The position numbers and the translations under genes are program-made. A model generated the notes under the pieces. That model ran no database searches, had not been told where the DNA came from, and was given only the letters and a program-made list of their open reading frames with translations. Positions 46,019 to 55,460 of a stretch of DNA of 64,000 nucleotides are shown in pieces. The first letter of the stretch is position 1. The number at the start of each line of letters is the position of its first letter. Origin of the DNA: Pirellulaceae bacterium (GTDB taxonomy: Bacteria > Planctomycetota > Planctomycetia > Pirellulales > Pirellulaceae); the NCBI GenBank assembly GCA_026989685.1, contig JALSIV010000211.1:817-64816 (forward strand), read 5' to 3'.

Positions 46019-47443
46019 ATGTCCTCCCCCTCGAGCCAGCTCCATCGCCGCCGGCTGCTCGCCGGCATCCTCCCTGCCGCCGCCTGCTGCGCCGGGTCTC
46101 AAGTCGCTGCCGCCGGGGCCCATAATGTCTCCGGCTCGCCACCGGCTGTCGTCACCGTCTCCGGCGACGGGTCTCAGGATCAAACGGACCAACTGCAACA
46201 AGCGGTCGAACAGACCGGAGGAGGCGTGTTTCTGCAAGGGACCATTCGGATCAGCAAACCGGTCGTGCTGGAACTCGATCGGATCGGTACCCGGTCGATA
46301 TTCGGTGATGGATCGGCGCGACTCATCATGAGTGGACCTGGTCCCGCATTTCGGCTGATCGGTACGCACCATGGCACGGCGGCTCCTCACACCGTCAAGC
46401 CGAATGTGTGGGAGAGACAGCGCATGCCCTGCCTGGATGGCTTCAGTATCGATGGCGAACACGAACAGGCGTGCGGCATCGAAGCCGTCAAGACGATGGG
46501 GATGGTGCTCACACGGCTCCACGTACGCCACTGCCATCACGCCGTGCACCTGCGCGAACGGAATCGCAATTTCATCATCCAGGCTTGCCACTTCTACGAC
46601 AATCGAGGCATCGGCGTCTATTACGATCATGTCGACCTGCACCAGTCCAATATCGGCGATTCGCACATCTCCTACAACGCCGGCGGGGGAGTGGTATCGC
46701 GAGGCGGCAATGTGCGAAACATCCACATCGGCAACTGCGATCTGGAGGGCAATCATCCCCCGAAAGACTCCCCTGCCTCGGCAGCCACCGCCAACATCCT
46801 GATCGATTGCCGCCGATCCCAGTATGGTACGGCCGAAGTCGCCATCACCGGCTGCACGATCCAGCACACTCGCAACAGCCCCGACTCGGCCAACATCCGC
46901 ATCCTCGGACGCTCGGATATTCACCGTGAAGGCCACGTGACGATCACGGGCAACGTCTTTTCCGATGTGCAGACGAATGTCCATCTCAGCTCGGTGCGAG
47001 GAGCCACCATCACGGGCAACACCTTCTGGCAAGGGTTCACTCACAATCTGTTGATCGAGGATTCGGCCGAAATCGCCATCGGCTCGAACAATCTCAACCG
47101 CAATCCCCGCTATGCTCACTCCCGATTCGGCCACATCCGTCACGAAGTCCTCATCCGCAACAGTCGCGATGTCACCATCTGCGGACTGGTGCTCAACGGT
47201 GTCCGCCAAACCGAAGGTGGCCTGCGACTGCAAAAGTGCCGGCGAATCGTGGTCAACGGTTGCACGCTGGGAGACTGCGACGGACCGCCTCTGCGATTGC
47301 AACAGTGCGAGGGCGTGGTTGTGCAAGGATGCGTGATCGGCGACCCGCAGCGTGAGGATGCCGTCGCCGTTCGGGCGGACGAGTGCGGCCGGATCGAACT
47401 GGCCGGAAACATCGTCTACGGCAAAGTGGTGAAGCCGGCTTAA
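46019..47443 (+). CDS. Tat-signal right-handed parallel beta-helix (pectin-lyase-fold) repeat protein
   Basis: GGAG 9 nt upstream of ATG 46019. MSSPSSQLHRRRLLAGILPAAACCAG twin-arginine leader. Repeated N/H-ladder turns (IIQACHFYDNRGIGVYYD, SNIGDSHISYNAGGG, IHIGNCDLEGN, ITGCTIQH, ITGNVFSD, ITGNTFWQ). Confidence 0.8.
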   Translation: MSSPSSQLHRRRLLAGILPAAACCAGSQVAAAGAHNVSGSPPAVVTVSGDGSQDQTDQLQQAVEQTGGGVFLQGTIRISKPVVLELDRIGTRSIFGDGSARLIMSGPGPAFRLIGTHHGTAAPHTVKPNVWERQRMPCLDGFSIDGEHEQACGIEAVKTMGMVLTRLHVRHCHHAVHLRERNRNFIIQACHFYDNRGIGVYYDHVDLHQSNIGDSHISYNAGGGVVSRGGNVRNIHIGNCDLEGNHPPKDSPASAATANILIDCRRSQYGTAEVAITGCTIQHTRNSPDSANIRILGRSDIHREGHVTITGNVFSDVQTNVHLSSVRGATITGNTFWQGFTHNLLIEDSAEIAIGSNNLNRNPRYAHSRFGHIRHEVLIRNSRDVTICGLVLNGVRQTEGGLRLQKCRRIVVNGCTLGDCDGPPLRLQQCEGVVVQGCVIGDPQREDAVAVRADECGRIELAGNIVYGKVVKPA

Positions 47444-47463
47444 GGTGCGGAGCAGCGCGACCG

Positions 47464-48972
47464 TTACCGTGCCGCGCCCAGCGACTGACGCTCGAGTTCC
47501 ACCAGGCGAGCGTAGGCTTGCTGCTCGTCGGTGGTGGCGACGAACGGCAGATTGTGCTCCAACGCCATGTTTTCCAGACAGCGAATCAAGCGTTGGCACT
47601 TCACCCAGCGTTTTTCCACAGCCGACCGCTGCTCGGTCTTCGCCCGTAGCTGCTTGTCCAGCTTGAGCAGTTCGGCGTACTGGTGCGATCGGCGGAGCAC
47701 TTTCATGACTGCGTCCGACTCGTGATCCAGGGCGTGAGCCACCTCGGGATGCCAGGGATTGGAAAACTCGGGCCAATGAGCCAGCAACGATTTTCGCACG
47801 GCCGCCGCCAGCAAATGCCGCTTCCGCGACAACCGACCGATCTCCTTGCTCAGTTGCTTTTTCTGGTTGTCCAGCCGCTTGGCCAACTCCTTGGCCTGGC
47901 TGGCTCGAGCTTCCTGCGAAAGGTCCAACTCCTGCGACAGCGTCACGGCCACGCAGCGTTCGTCTTCCCGGGCATCCGCGATCAGCAGATCAAAGGGCGT
48001 GTCCGCCGAATACCAATCGATGGCCGCACTGTCGTTTCCCGTCTCCTCGGCGAGGGGCATCGTGCTGTACTCGCGAAGAAACGCATCGGAAGTCTTGACG
48101 CTGATGTCGATGGTAATCGATTCGCGCAGCGCGTACGCGTGAGCCTCCAAGAACGAGACGCGGCCGTCGCCATCCAGATCGGCACCCTCGACCGGCTCGC
48201 CCGTGCGACTCGTCCCCGAGATGGCGGCCCAGAAATAGGTGCTGTACTCGTGGTAATTCTCTTCATTGATTTCCGGGGTACAGCCGGCAGCCGGTCGCGT
48301 ATGGACCGTGGCCAGAAAGCCGCAACGGGGTTGAGGCGCCACACCCTGGTCCGGATCGCCGCCTCGAAAGATCAAATGAGAAAAGCCGCCCGAATAACAT
48401 TGCACCATCACAAACACCAGCGGCACGGTTTCGGGAAGCTTGTCCAATTGCTTGGCAAAGTCCCGCATGGTGATCGACTGGTTGTTCCAGAGATAGAGTT
48501 TCGTGTTGTGCGGCTGTTTCTTGTCGGCCGCCCGGCCGCCGTGCGCCGTAACGTAGATGAAAACTCGGTCTCCCGCCTCGAGTCTCTTGCGGACCGACTC
48601 GAACCAAGATTCCAATTCCGATTTCGAAGAGGGACCGGCGACTCGGTCCAGTTCGTGATTGCGGTATTGGTCGTACAGATACCGCGTCTGGCCGAACAAA
48701 TGAGCGACCGCTTCGCGCGCTTCGGACATGCCGCTTTCGCTGGGACGGAACTGGAGATCGCGAGCCGGATCGTCGCCGTCGGCGAACAGCACCGTGTGGT
48801 CGACACCCTTGGGGTAAAACCGATCCAGCACCCGCTGGAAAAACTGGACGTTCTTCTCCAGCGAAACCTGGTTGCCCTTGGGCGAGTATCCGCCGCCGAT
48901 GGTCAGAAAGTAGTCGGTGCCCACAGCCGCTCGAGTGAATCCCAAGACCAAAATCACAACCGCGCAGCGCAT
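47464..48972 (-). CDS. peptidase C13 (legumain-like, caspase-fold) protein with coiled-coil C-terminal domain
   Basis: Catalytic dyad contexts VFIYVTAHGG (His-Gly) and VFVMVQCYSGGF (Cys) align with legumain IYFTDHGA / IEACESGS. Start at ATG 48972 (MRCAVVILVLGF). The upstream 65 codons of the ORF lie in dispersed repeat copy B. Confidence 0.7.
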   Translation of the reverse strand: MRCAVVILVLGFTRAAVGTDYFLTIGGGYSPKGNQVSLEKNVQFFQRVLDRFYPKGVDHTVLFADGDDPARDLQFRPSESGMSEAREAVAHLFGQTRYLYDQYRNHELDRVAGPSSKSELESWFESVRKRLEAGDRVFIYVTAHGGRAADKKQPHNTKLYLWNNQSITMRDFAKQLDKLPETVPLVFVMVQCYSGGFSHLIFRGGDPDQGVAPQPRCGFLATVHTRPAAGCTPEINEENYHEYSTYFWAAISGTSRTGEPVEGADLDGDGRVSFLEAHAYALRESITIDISVKTSDAFLREYSTMPLAEETGNDSAAIDWYSADTPFDLLIADAREDERCVAVTLSQELDLSQEARASQAKELAKRLDNQKKQLSKEIGRLSRKRHLLAAAVRKSLLAHWPEFSNPWHPEVAHALDHESDAVMKVLRRSHQYAELLKLDKQLRAKTEQRSAVEKRWVKCQRLIRCLENMALEHNLPFVATTDEQQAYARLVELERQSLGAAR

Positions 48973-48976
48973 CCTG

Positions 48977-49092
48977 ACGCGGGCCGCGCCCGCAAGGCCG
49001 GAGGCGGGAGACCGGAGGCTGTAGGGATCGTGGTGACGACCGAAAGCCAGTGCCCGATGCGCGCACGGCGGGCAGATGTTACGAAGTAAGAC
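48977..49092 (+). repeat. dispersed ~116-nt intergenic repeat, copy B
   Basis: See copy A (10886-11001). Same orientation. It begins 5 nt upstream (minus-strand sense) of the C13 peptidase start codon. Confidence 0.6.
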
Positions 49093-49254
49093 GCTGACCA
49101 CGGCCTTCCTTCCGTTGCAAAATGACGTTCTGCCCGCTCCTCGCCACACCCACTGGCAAACGGACACCCGACATGCAATCTAACCCGTTTTGGGGGAGCC
49201 GTCAAGTGATCTGCGTGGCCGGTCGCCTCGGCGCAACCACCAGCGGGCGCGCGC

Positions 49255-50682
49255 TCACAGACATCGCAGGAACGCCACCAGGTCCGCCTTTTCTCGTTCG
49301 CTCAGCCGCAGTTCCAGTACCAAGTTGAAGAACTCGACGGTATCTTCGAGTGTCAGCAGTCTGCCGTCATGCAGATAGGGCGGCGAGTCCTTGATGCCTC
49401 GCAAGGGAAACGTCTTGATCGGTCCGTCGGCCGCCGCCATCCGCCCCAGAATCATCGTCGGTTGGTAAAAGCGTTCCGTGCGCAAGTTGTGCATCAGGTT
49501 GTCGGTGTAATATGGCGGCGTATGGCACGTGGCGCACTGCCCCTTGCCGAAGAACACCTCCTGCCCGCGCAATTCGCTTTCGGACGCCTTGGTCGGATCG
49601 AGTTTCCCGAACACGTTCAACTTGGGAGCGGGCGGGAAATCGAGCAGCGCCTGGAACTCGGCCATGAAGTGAACTTGGCTTCCCCGCTCCAGAATGTTCA
49701 CTCCCTTTTTCGTGGCGATGACCGGATCGCCGTCGAAATAGGCTGCCCGTTGCTCGAATTCCGTAAAGTCCTCGATCGTCTTCAGGGCTCGCTGCGAACC
49801 GAACAGACGCTGCACGTTCACGCCCCGCAGCGAAGGCGTGTCGATGCGGTGCCGAAACGGCTGCGGCCGAATATCTCCCACCAGGTGAGTCGCCGCGTTC
49901 GTGTGGCCGTTGACATGGCAGTCGAAGCAGGTGACTCCGCGGTGCGCCTTGAGTGACCGGCGGTCGTGCGTCGCATTGAACTGCTGCTGCGCTGTCGGGG
50001 TGAGCAGCAGGCGCAGTCCCTCGAGCTGCTTCGGATTGAGGATACCGGCAAACAGCCGATAGTAGTTGTCGATCGTCACCACTTCGCCCTGGGAAACGTC
50101 GCCCAAGTCGGGTCGAGTCGTCAAATAGATCGGCGGCGGGTACTCGGGCAGGAAATGGCGGGGCAAGTCGTAGTCGAGATCGAAACGGGTCAGATCGCGG
50201 CTCTCCTGGCGTTTGATTTCGTCGATGTGATGCCGAGGAAACAGCATGCCCCCTTCGGCGTGATGGGGATGGGGCAGCGGATAGAACCCCGCCGGCCACA
50301 GTCCCCGCGTCCGGATTTCCGCCGGCGACATCGCCGACAACTGTTGCCAAGTCACTCCTTCGGGCAGACGAACGCGAACGCCCGCCTGAATCGGCTTGCC
50401 TCGCGACATGGCGACACCATCCGCCGCCCGGTCGCTCAAGTCGTACCGCTCATTCAGCAACCGTTGATGTCGTTGCGCAATCGCCGCTTTCTCCGCTACC
50501 ATCCGCTCGACCAATCGCTCGAACGATTCCCGCTCCACCACCGGCGCGTAACTCGAAGCCGGCGCTTCCTGTCCTCGCACTAACGGAACGGCAAGGACCA
50601 TCGCCCATGCGGCGGCCAGCCCCACCACCGTCCGCATACCAGTCACCGTCATTCGTTGTCGGGTCTTCCACATCGGGAGCAT
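49255..50682 (-). CDS. di-haem cytochrome c peroxidase family protein
   Basis: Two haem sites, CFDCHVNGH and CATCHTPPYY, with a CCP/MauG-like context (FDGDPVIATKKG, PLRGIKDSPPYLHDG). Alternative start ATG 50673 has better spacing to the AAGGAG. Confidence 0.88.
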   Translation of the reverse strand: MLPMWKTRQRMTVTGMRTVVGLAAAWAMVLAVPLVRGQEAPASSYAPVVERESFERLVERMVAEKAAIAQRHQRLLNERYDLSDRAADGVAMSRGKPIQAGVRVRLPEGVTWQQLSAMSPAEIRTRGLWPAGFYPLPHPHHAEGGMLFPRHHIDEIKRQESRDLTRFDLDYDLPRHFLPEYPPPIYLTTRPDLGDVSQGEVVTIDNYYRLFAGILNPKQLEGLRLLLTPTAQQQFNATHDRRSLKAHRGVTCFDCHVNGHTNAATHLVGDIRPQPFRHRIDTPSLRGVNVQRLFGSQRALKTIEDFTEFEQRAAYFDGDPVIATKKGVNILERGSQVHFMAEFQALLDFPPAPKLNVFGKLDPTKASESELRGQEVFFGKGQCATCHTPPYYTDNLMHNLRTERFYQPTMILGRMAAADGPIKTFPLRGIKDSPPYLHDGRLLTLEDTVEFFNLVLELRLSEREKADLVAFLRCL

Positions 50683-50836
50683 CTCCTTTTTGGCTCGAAG
50701 TTCCAGCCGACCACACCGGTCGCCGGCGGCTGCCGCACGAGCGGCCGCTCGACTTCCACTCTGTCCCCGGTGATGATATCGTGGCCCAGATCATATGTCC
50801 AATATATAATTCCAATCGAATCAATAGGTATGTCCT

Positions 50837-51718
50837 ATGGAGCTTCATCAACTCCGGTATTTCGTGGCGGTGGTGGACGAGGAGAATTTCACGCGAGCCG
50901 CCGAGCGGTGTCTGGTGTCTCAGCCCTCCCTCAGCCAGCAGATCATCAAGCTGGAGAAGGAACTGGGGCAGCCGTTGCTGGAACGGTTGGGGCGGCGCGT
51001 GCAACTCACCGACGCCGGACGACTTCTGTATGACAAAGCGCTGCGGGTCCTCTCCACTGTAGATGGTGTGCAAGACGAGCTGGCGGAGTTGAGCGGCGAG
51101 GGACGAGGGCGCTTGGCGGTGGGAGCCATGTTGACGGCGGCTCCCTATCTGCTTCCCAAGCTGGTGCGACGTTTTGGCCGCCGGTTTCCTCATGCCGAGA
51201 TCATCCTGCACGAGGATCTGACCGAGCAGATCGTCGACCGGCTGATGCAAGGCGAACTGGACGTGGGAATCCTGGCACTTCCTTTGGAACAGCGGCCGTT
51301 GGAAACCACCGAGTTGTTCACGGAGGAGTTGCTGCTGGCCGTGCCGAAGGGGCATCGTTTGGCGAGCAAGAAACGGGTCACGATGGCGGATGTGGCTCGC
51401 GAGCCGTTCGTGTTGATCGACCCGCTCCACTGCCTCGGCCAACAAGTCTTGGCGTTCTGTCTGGAGCGCGACTGCCGGCCTCGCGTCGTCTGCCGCAGCT
51501 CGCAGATCCTTACGGTACAACAACTGGTCGGATCGGGAGTGGGAATCAGTCTGCTTCCCGAGTGTGCGGCTCGTGCAGATCGCACTCGCAAGTGTGCTTA
51601 CCGCTCCTTATCGGCTGATCGCCCGACGCGTACGTTGGTGCTGGCATGGCGGGAGGGGCGTCATCAAAGCCGAGTCGTCCGCGAGTTCATTCGCGACGCT
51701 GAACAACATGCGAAATAG
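50837..51718 (+). CDS. oxyR: LysR-family redox-sensing regulator, OxyR-like
   Basis: HTH MELHQLRYFVAVVDEENFTRAAERCLVSQPSLSQQIIKLEKELG. The redox Cys pair HCLGQQVLAFC has the same C-x8-C spacing and context as E. coli OxyR HCLRDQAMGFC. It is divergent from the peroxidase gene. Confidence 0.85.
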   Translation: MELHQLRYFVAVVDEENFTRAAERCLVSQPSLSQQIIKLEKELGQPLLERLGRRVQLTDAGRLLYDKALRVLSTVDGVQDELAELSGEGRGRLAVGAMLTAAPYLLPKLVRRFGRRFPHAEIILHEDLTEQIVDRLMQGELDVGILALPLEQRPLETTELFTEELLLAVPKGHRLASKKRVTMADVAREPFVLIDPLHCLGQQVLAFCLERDCRPRVVCRSSQILTVQQLVGSGVGISLLPECAARADRTRKCAYRSLSADRPTRTLVLAWREGRHQSRVVREFIRDAEQHAK

Positions 51719-53027
51719 CGACGGCCGCCATGAGGTAAAACCACGGCATCAGCGGTGTGCGCATCCGCATGTTGCTGAAGTAGACCGAGTGGAGCAGCGT
51801 GAATGCCAGGCAACCGGCCAGGCCGATCCAGGTCAAGGTCCGGTCGATCGACCACGCTCGTCGAACGCCCACGAGAGCGGCCCCGAACAGGCAGACGTAC
51901 CACGCGGCGATGCCGTAGCGCACTGCCCGGCTCGTACTCGATTCGCCGCGGGAAGCCGCGTGAGGAAGCGGGCTCCACAGTTGCGCGATGCGCACCGCCG
52001 TCGATCGCACGAACATCGCCGGCTGGGCCTGGATCGACTTGACGGCCAGTCGCCGGCACCCCTGATCATAGGCACCCTCGAATCGACTACACGCCTGGGG
52101 AACCACGAGTCCCGCGGACTCCAACAGCGGTTGCAACTCGCGGGCGTCCCAAGGCACGCGCCACCCTCGGGTTCTCAGATGCCGATAGTAGGCCGGATTG
52201 TTGGAAAGGAGCAGCGTATAGCCGCCATGCGTCGTCAAGGGAGTTGCCACGCCGACCAGTCGGTAGTTGCGGATGGCCCACGGAGTCAGCACGATCGCCG
52301 CACCCAATACCATGGCAATCGCATGCCGAAGCGCCACCGACGAGGGTCGGTGCCGCATCACGGCCACCGCGAGCAACACGCCCCAGGCGAGAAAGACGGG
52401 CCGGCACAAAGCCGCAACTCCCAGCAGCACTCCCCACATCCCGGCCAGGTAAAGAGGAGAATTCGAGGAGGGACGGTGAGTTCTCATGGCATCGTGGAAC
52501 ACGTCGGGGCTGTGACGGTAGGCGTCGTACCAGCGCAATCCCAGCACGATGGTCAGTAGAGCCAGCACCGTGGCGGCCGTCTCTGTCATCGGGTAGGCCG
52601 ACCAGAAGAGCAGCAGGGGATCGACGGCGGCCGCCATCGCCACCAGCCACGCGGCACCAACGCGCAGCCGCCTCGCCAAATCGAACGTGAGCGTGGCGAT
52701 CGCCAAAGCCGCCATCAGGTGCAGCAGCGCCACGTGAATCGAGCCGACATGCCGAAAGCCACTCACCAGCGCCAGCACCATCGGATACAGGGGCGGACGA
52801 TAAGCGGAGGGACAGAGCTGACCTCCGGGTAGAGTCCGCGCCAGCGTGCGAGTCCGGCCGAGGTTGTCCGCAAACCGCAGATAAGCGTCGACATCCTCGC
52901 CCAGGTGTGAGCTGCGCAGGACCAAGTTGCCGCCCCACAACACGGCGACCACCAGCCACACACTGTAAAGCACGTGCCTTGCCTTGTCGGAACCGCAGGA
53001 AGTGGATGGGTGGGATGCAGGAGTCAT
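51687..53027 (-). CDS. glycosyltransferase family 39 (ArnT/PMT-like) membrane protein
   Basis: Polytopic. Its N-terminal region (NLGRTRTLARTLPGGQLCPSAYRPPLYPMVLALV) is typical of GT39/PMT_2 enzymes. It overlaps the oxyR 3' end by 32 nt (convergent). Confidence 0.8.
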   Translation of the reverse strand: MTPASHPSTSCGSDKARHVLYSVWLVVAVLWGGNLVLRSSHLGEDVDAYLRFADNLGRTRTLARTLPGGQLCPSAYRPPLYPMVLALVSGFRHVGSIHVALLHLMAALAIATLTFDLARRLRVGAAWLVAMAAAVDPLLLFWSAYPMTETAATVLALLTIVLGLRWYDAYRHSPDVFHDAMRTHRPSSNSPLYLAGMWGVLLGVAALCRPVFLAWGVLLAVAVMRHRPSSVALRHAIAMVLGAAIVLTPWAIRNYRLVGVATPLTTHGGYTLLLSNNPAYYRHLRTRGWRVPWDARELQPLLESAGLVVPQACSRFEGAYDQGCRRLAVKSIQAQPAMFVRSTAVRIAQLWSPLPHAASRGESSTSRAVRYGIAAWYVCLFGAALVGVRRAWSIDRTLTWIGLAGCLAFTLLHSVYFSNMRMRTPLMPWFYLMAAVAISHVVQRRE

Positions 53028-53187
53028 CTCTTTCCGATGGTATCAGATGGCGAGGATCGAGGTCATCAGAGGGGATCGACTGTTCGGCGGACCGTACGAC
53101 CATTGCCGGTCGGTAGCCGGCCTCTACAATGAGCAGCCGGTGTCGGTTTTGGCGATCGGTGGCGCGGTAGTTCCTCTCGGCTTCCCC

Positions 53188-55455
53188 ATGAACACGTTTT
53201 CCGGCTTTCTGATAGCCCGGCATCGCTGGCTGCTAGCGACGGCACTGTTGATCGCCGCCATTTGCTATGTTCCTGCCAACCGCCTCGCCTTCGATCGGTC
53301 GATCGACCAGATGTTCGCTCATGACGATCCGCTGCTCCCACCCTATCGGCGTCTGCAGCAACGCTTCGGTGGGAATGAAGTGGTCCTGCTGGTATACGAC
53401 GACTCCCGGTTGCTCGCCTCCGACGGTTCGGGCCTGCAGCGGCTTGCGCGAACCAGCCGCGCCTGCGCCGCCGTTCCCGGTGTGCGAGCCGTGCTCAGTC
53501 TTGCGGAAGTCAACCGCGTGCTCGAGGAAGTGGCCCGCGTTCCCAGCCTGTTTTCCAGCCGGAAACGGCCACCGGTGGTCCTCGATCCGGCCCCGTCACT
53601 CGGAGCCGCCTATCGCCGGATGTTCACGGGGATTACTCACGGCAGCGACGGCCGCACGGTGGCCGTCGCCTGCCTGCTCGAACCCGTCTCGTCCGCCTCG
53701 GCACCTCGGCGGGAGATACTGGTCGAACTGAGGAAGATCGCTTCGAAGCTCCCCCAAGCCGTGCTGGTGGGTGAACCGGTGATGGTGGAGGATGGGTTCG
53801 ACTTGGTGGAGGCCGATGGTCGGCGGCTGGCCTGGGGAACCACGACCCTGCTGGCACTCACGATGATCATCCTCTTTCGCAACCTGCGTTGGATGCTGAT
53901 TCCGTTGGCGGTCGTCGGTTGGTCGCTGGTGACGACGCGAGCCGTGCTCTACTGGAGCCGCATGGAAATCACGATGGTCAGTTCCATGCTTACGGCCATC
54001 ATCACGGTGATCGCGGTCGCCACGTCCATTCACTTTCTGGTTCGCTTTCGAGCCATGCGACAAGAGGGGCACTCACCGGAAGACGCCCTGCGCCGAACCG
54101 TGGCGCTATTGCTGGCCCCGGTGGCCTGGGCATGCCTCACGGACGCCGTCGGTTTTCTCTCGCTCCGTTGGGCTCGAGTCGGACCGGTACACGATTTCGG
54201 CATCATGATGTCGCTGGGCGCCACGATGGTACTCGTCGGATCGCTGCTGATTATCCCCGGTATGGCGCTGGTGGGCGGTTGGGCCCGAGATCCGGCATGG
54301 GCTCCCGGCGAGGCCCGCTTGGGGCAAGGCCTCTCGCGCCTGCTGACGGCGGTCGAACGCCACCGCTGGCGTTGGCTCACGCTGACCCTGGCCCTGGTCT
54401 CCGTGGCCGCATGGGGAACCCGCCGGCTGGAAGTAGAGACCGATTTTACTCGCAACTTTCGCAGTGACAGTCCCATCGTGCGAGGCTACGATCGGGCCGA
54501 ACGCCGTCTGGGAGGTGCCGGCGTGTGGGACGCCATGATCCCGGCACCCGCCGAACTCGATCAAGCCTACGTCGACCGGGTCTTGCAGTGGGAACGCAAT
54601 TTACGGCAGTTGCAGGTCTCCATTGACGGCAGGGCATCGGCGCGGCTGACACAAGTGGTTAGCTACGCGGATCTGCTGGCGGCCACGGAGAAATCGCGCC
54701 TGTTGTCTTGGTTGCCGATGCCGCTGCAAGCTGCTCAGATGGCCGGCCGCATGAAACAGGTCGTCTCCACGATGTGGTGGCGCGATCGCGATCACGACCG
54801 CAGCATGCTGCGCGTGCTGCTGCGTTCCAAGGAGCGACTACCGGCCCGAGCCAAACTCGAGTTGATCGCCGCGGTCGAGCAACAGACGAAGGCCGCCTTC
54901 GGAGACCTTGAGCATGGGGAATTCCAGGCGGAAGTGACCGGCTTTTACGTCCTGCTCGCCAACTTGATTCACAGCCTGCTGCGCGACCAATGGCTCTGCT
55001 TCGCCATCGCCACGTCGGGCATCGTGCTGATGATGACCATCGCCTTTCGCTCCTGGAAACTGGCGCTGGTGGCACTGGTTCCCAATCTGCTGCCGATCTT
55101 CCTGCTGCTGGGGCTGATGGGGCACCTGGAAATCCGCATGAATATGGGCGCGGCCATGATCGCCGCCGTATCGATCGGACTTTCGGTCGACAGTTCGATC
55201 CATTACGGCATCAGCTTCTTGCGGGCCCGACGAGCGGGTGCCGGGCGCCGCCAGGCACTCGAGGCGGCTCAACAAACCGTAGGACGGGCGCTGGTTTTCG
55301 CCACGCTGGCACTGGTGCTCGGTTTCAGCTCGCTCTGCACCAGCCAGTTCATTCCCACGGTCTATTTCGGCGGGCTGGTGAGTCTGGCCATGCTGGGCGG
55401 ACTGGCGGGCAATCTGATCGTGTTGCCGCTGCTGATTGAGGTCGCACGGGCGTAG
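53188..55455 (+). CDS. MMPL/RND-superfamily membrane transporter
   Basis: Two 5-6-helix bundles, each following a soluble loop, and C-terminal SIGLSVDSSIHY. Start at ATG 53188 (MNTFSGFLIARHRWLLATALLIAAI). Confidence 0.85.
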   Translation: MNTFSGFLIARHRWLLATALLIAAICYVPANRLAFDRSIDQMFAHDDPLLPPYRRLQQRFGGNEVVLLVYDDSRLLASDGSGLQRLARTSRACAAVPGVRAVLSLAEVNRVLEEVARVPSLFSSRKRPPVVLDPAPSLGAAYRRMFTGITHGSDGRTVAVACLLEPVSSASAPRREILVELRKIASKLPQAVLVGEPVMVEDGFDLVEADGRRLAWGTTTLLALTMIILFRNLRWMLIPLAVVGWSLVTTRAVLYWSRMEITMVSSMLTAIITVIAVATSIHFLVRFRAMRQEGHSPEDALRRTVALLLAPVAWACLTDAVGFLSLRWARVGPVHDFGIMMSLGATMVLVGSLLIIPGMALVGGWARDPAWAPGEARLGQGLSRLLTAVERHRWRWLTLTLALVSVAAWGTRRLEVETDFTRNFRSDSPIVRGYDRAERRLGGAGVWDAMIPAPAELDQAYVDRVLQWERNLRQLQVSIDGRASARLTQVVSYADLLAATEKSRLLSWLPMPLQAAQMAGRMKQVVSTMWWRDRDHDRSMLRVLLRSKERLPARAKLELIAAVEQQTKAAFGDLEHGEFQAEVTGFYVLLANLIHSLLRDQWLCFAIATSGIVLMMTIAFRSWKLALVALVPNLLPIFLLLGLMGHLEIRMNMGAAMIAAVSIGLSVDSSIHYGISFLRARRAGAGRRQALEAAQQTVGRALVFATLALVLGFSSLCTSQFIPTVYFGGLVSLAMLGGLAGNLIVLPLLIEVARA

Positions 55456-55460
55456 TTTGC

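Noticed and set aside
44844-47776. Minus-strand ORFs 44844..46142 (432 aa) and 46001..47776 (591 aa), and the plus-strand extension 45503..46018
   Set aside because: Shadows of copB and of the beta-helix gene. The 45503 extension is out of frame with, and overlaps, the copB coding region and is Arg/Gly junk.
47683-49089. 468-aa plus-strand ORF
   Set aside because: Antisense to the C13 peptidase gene.
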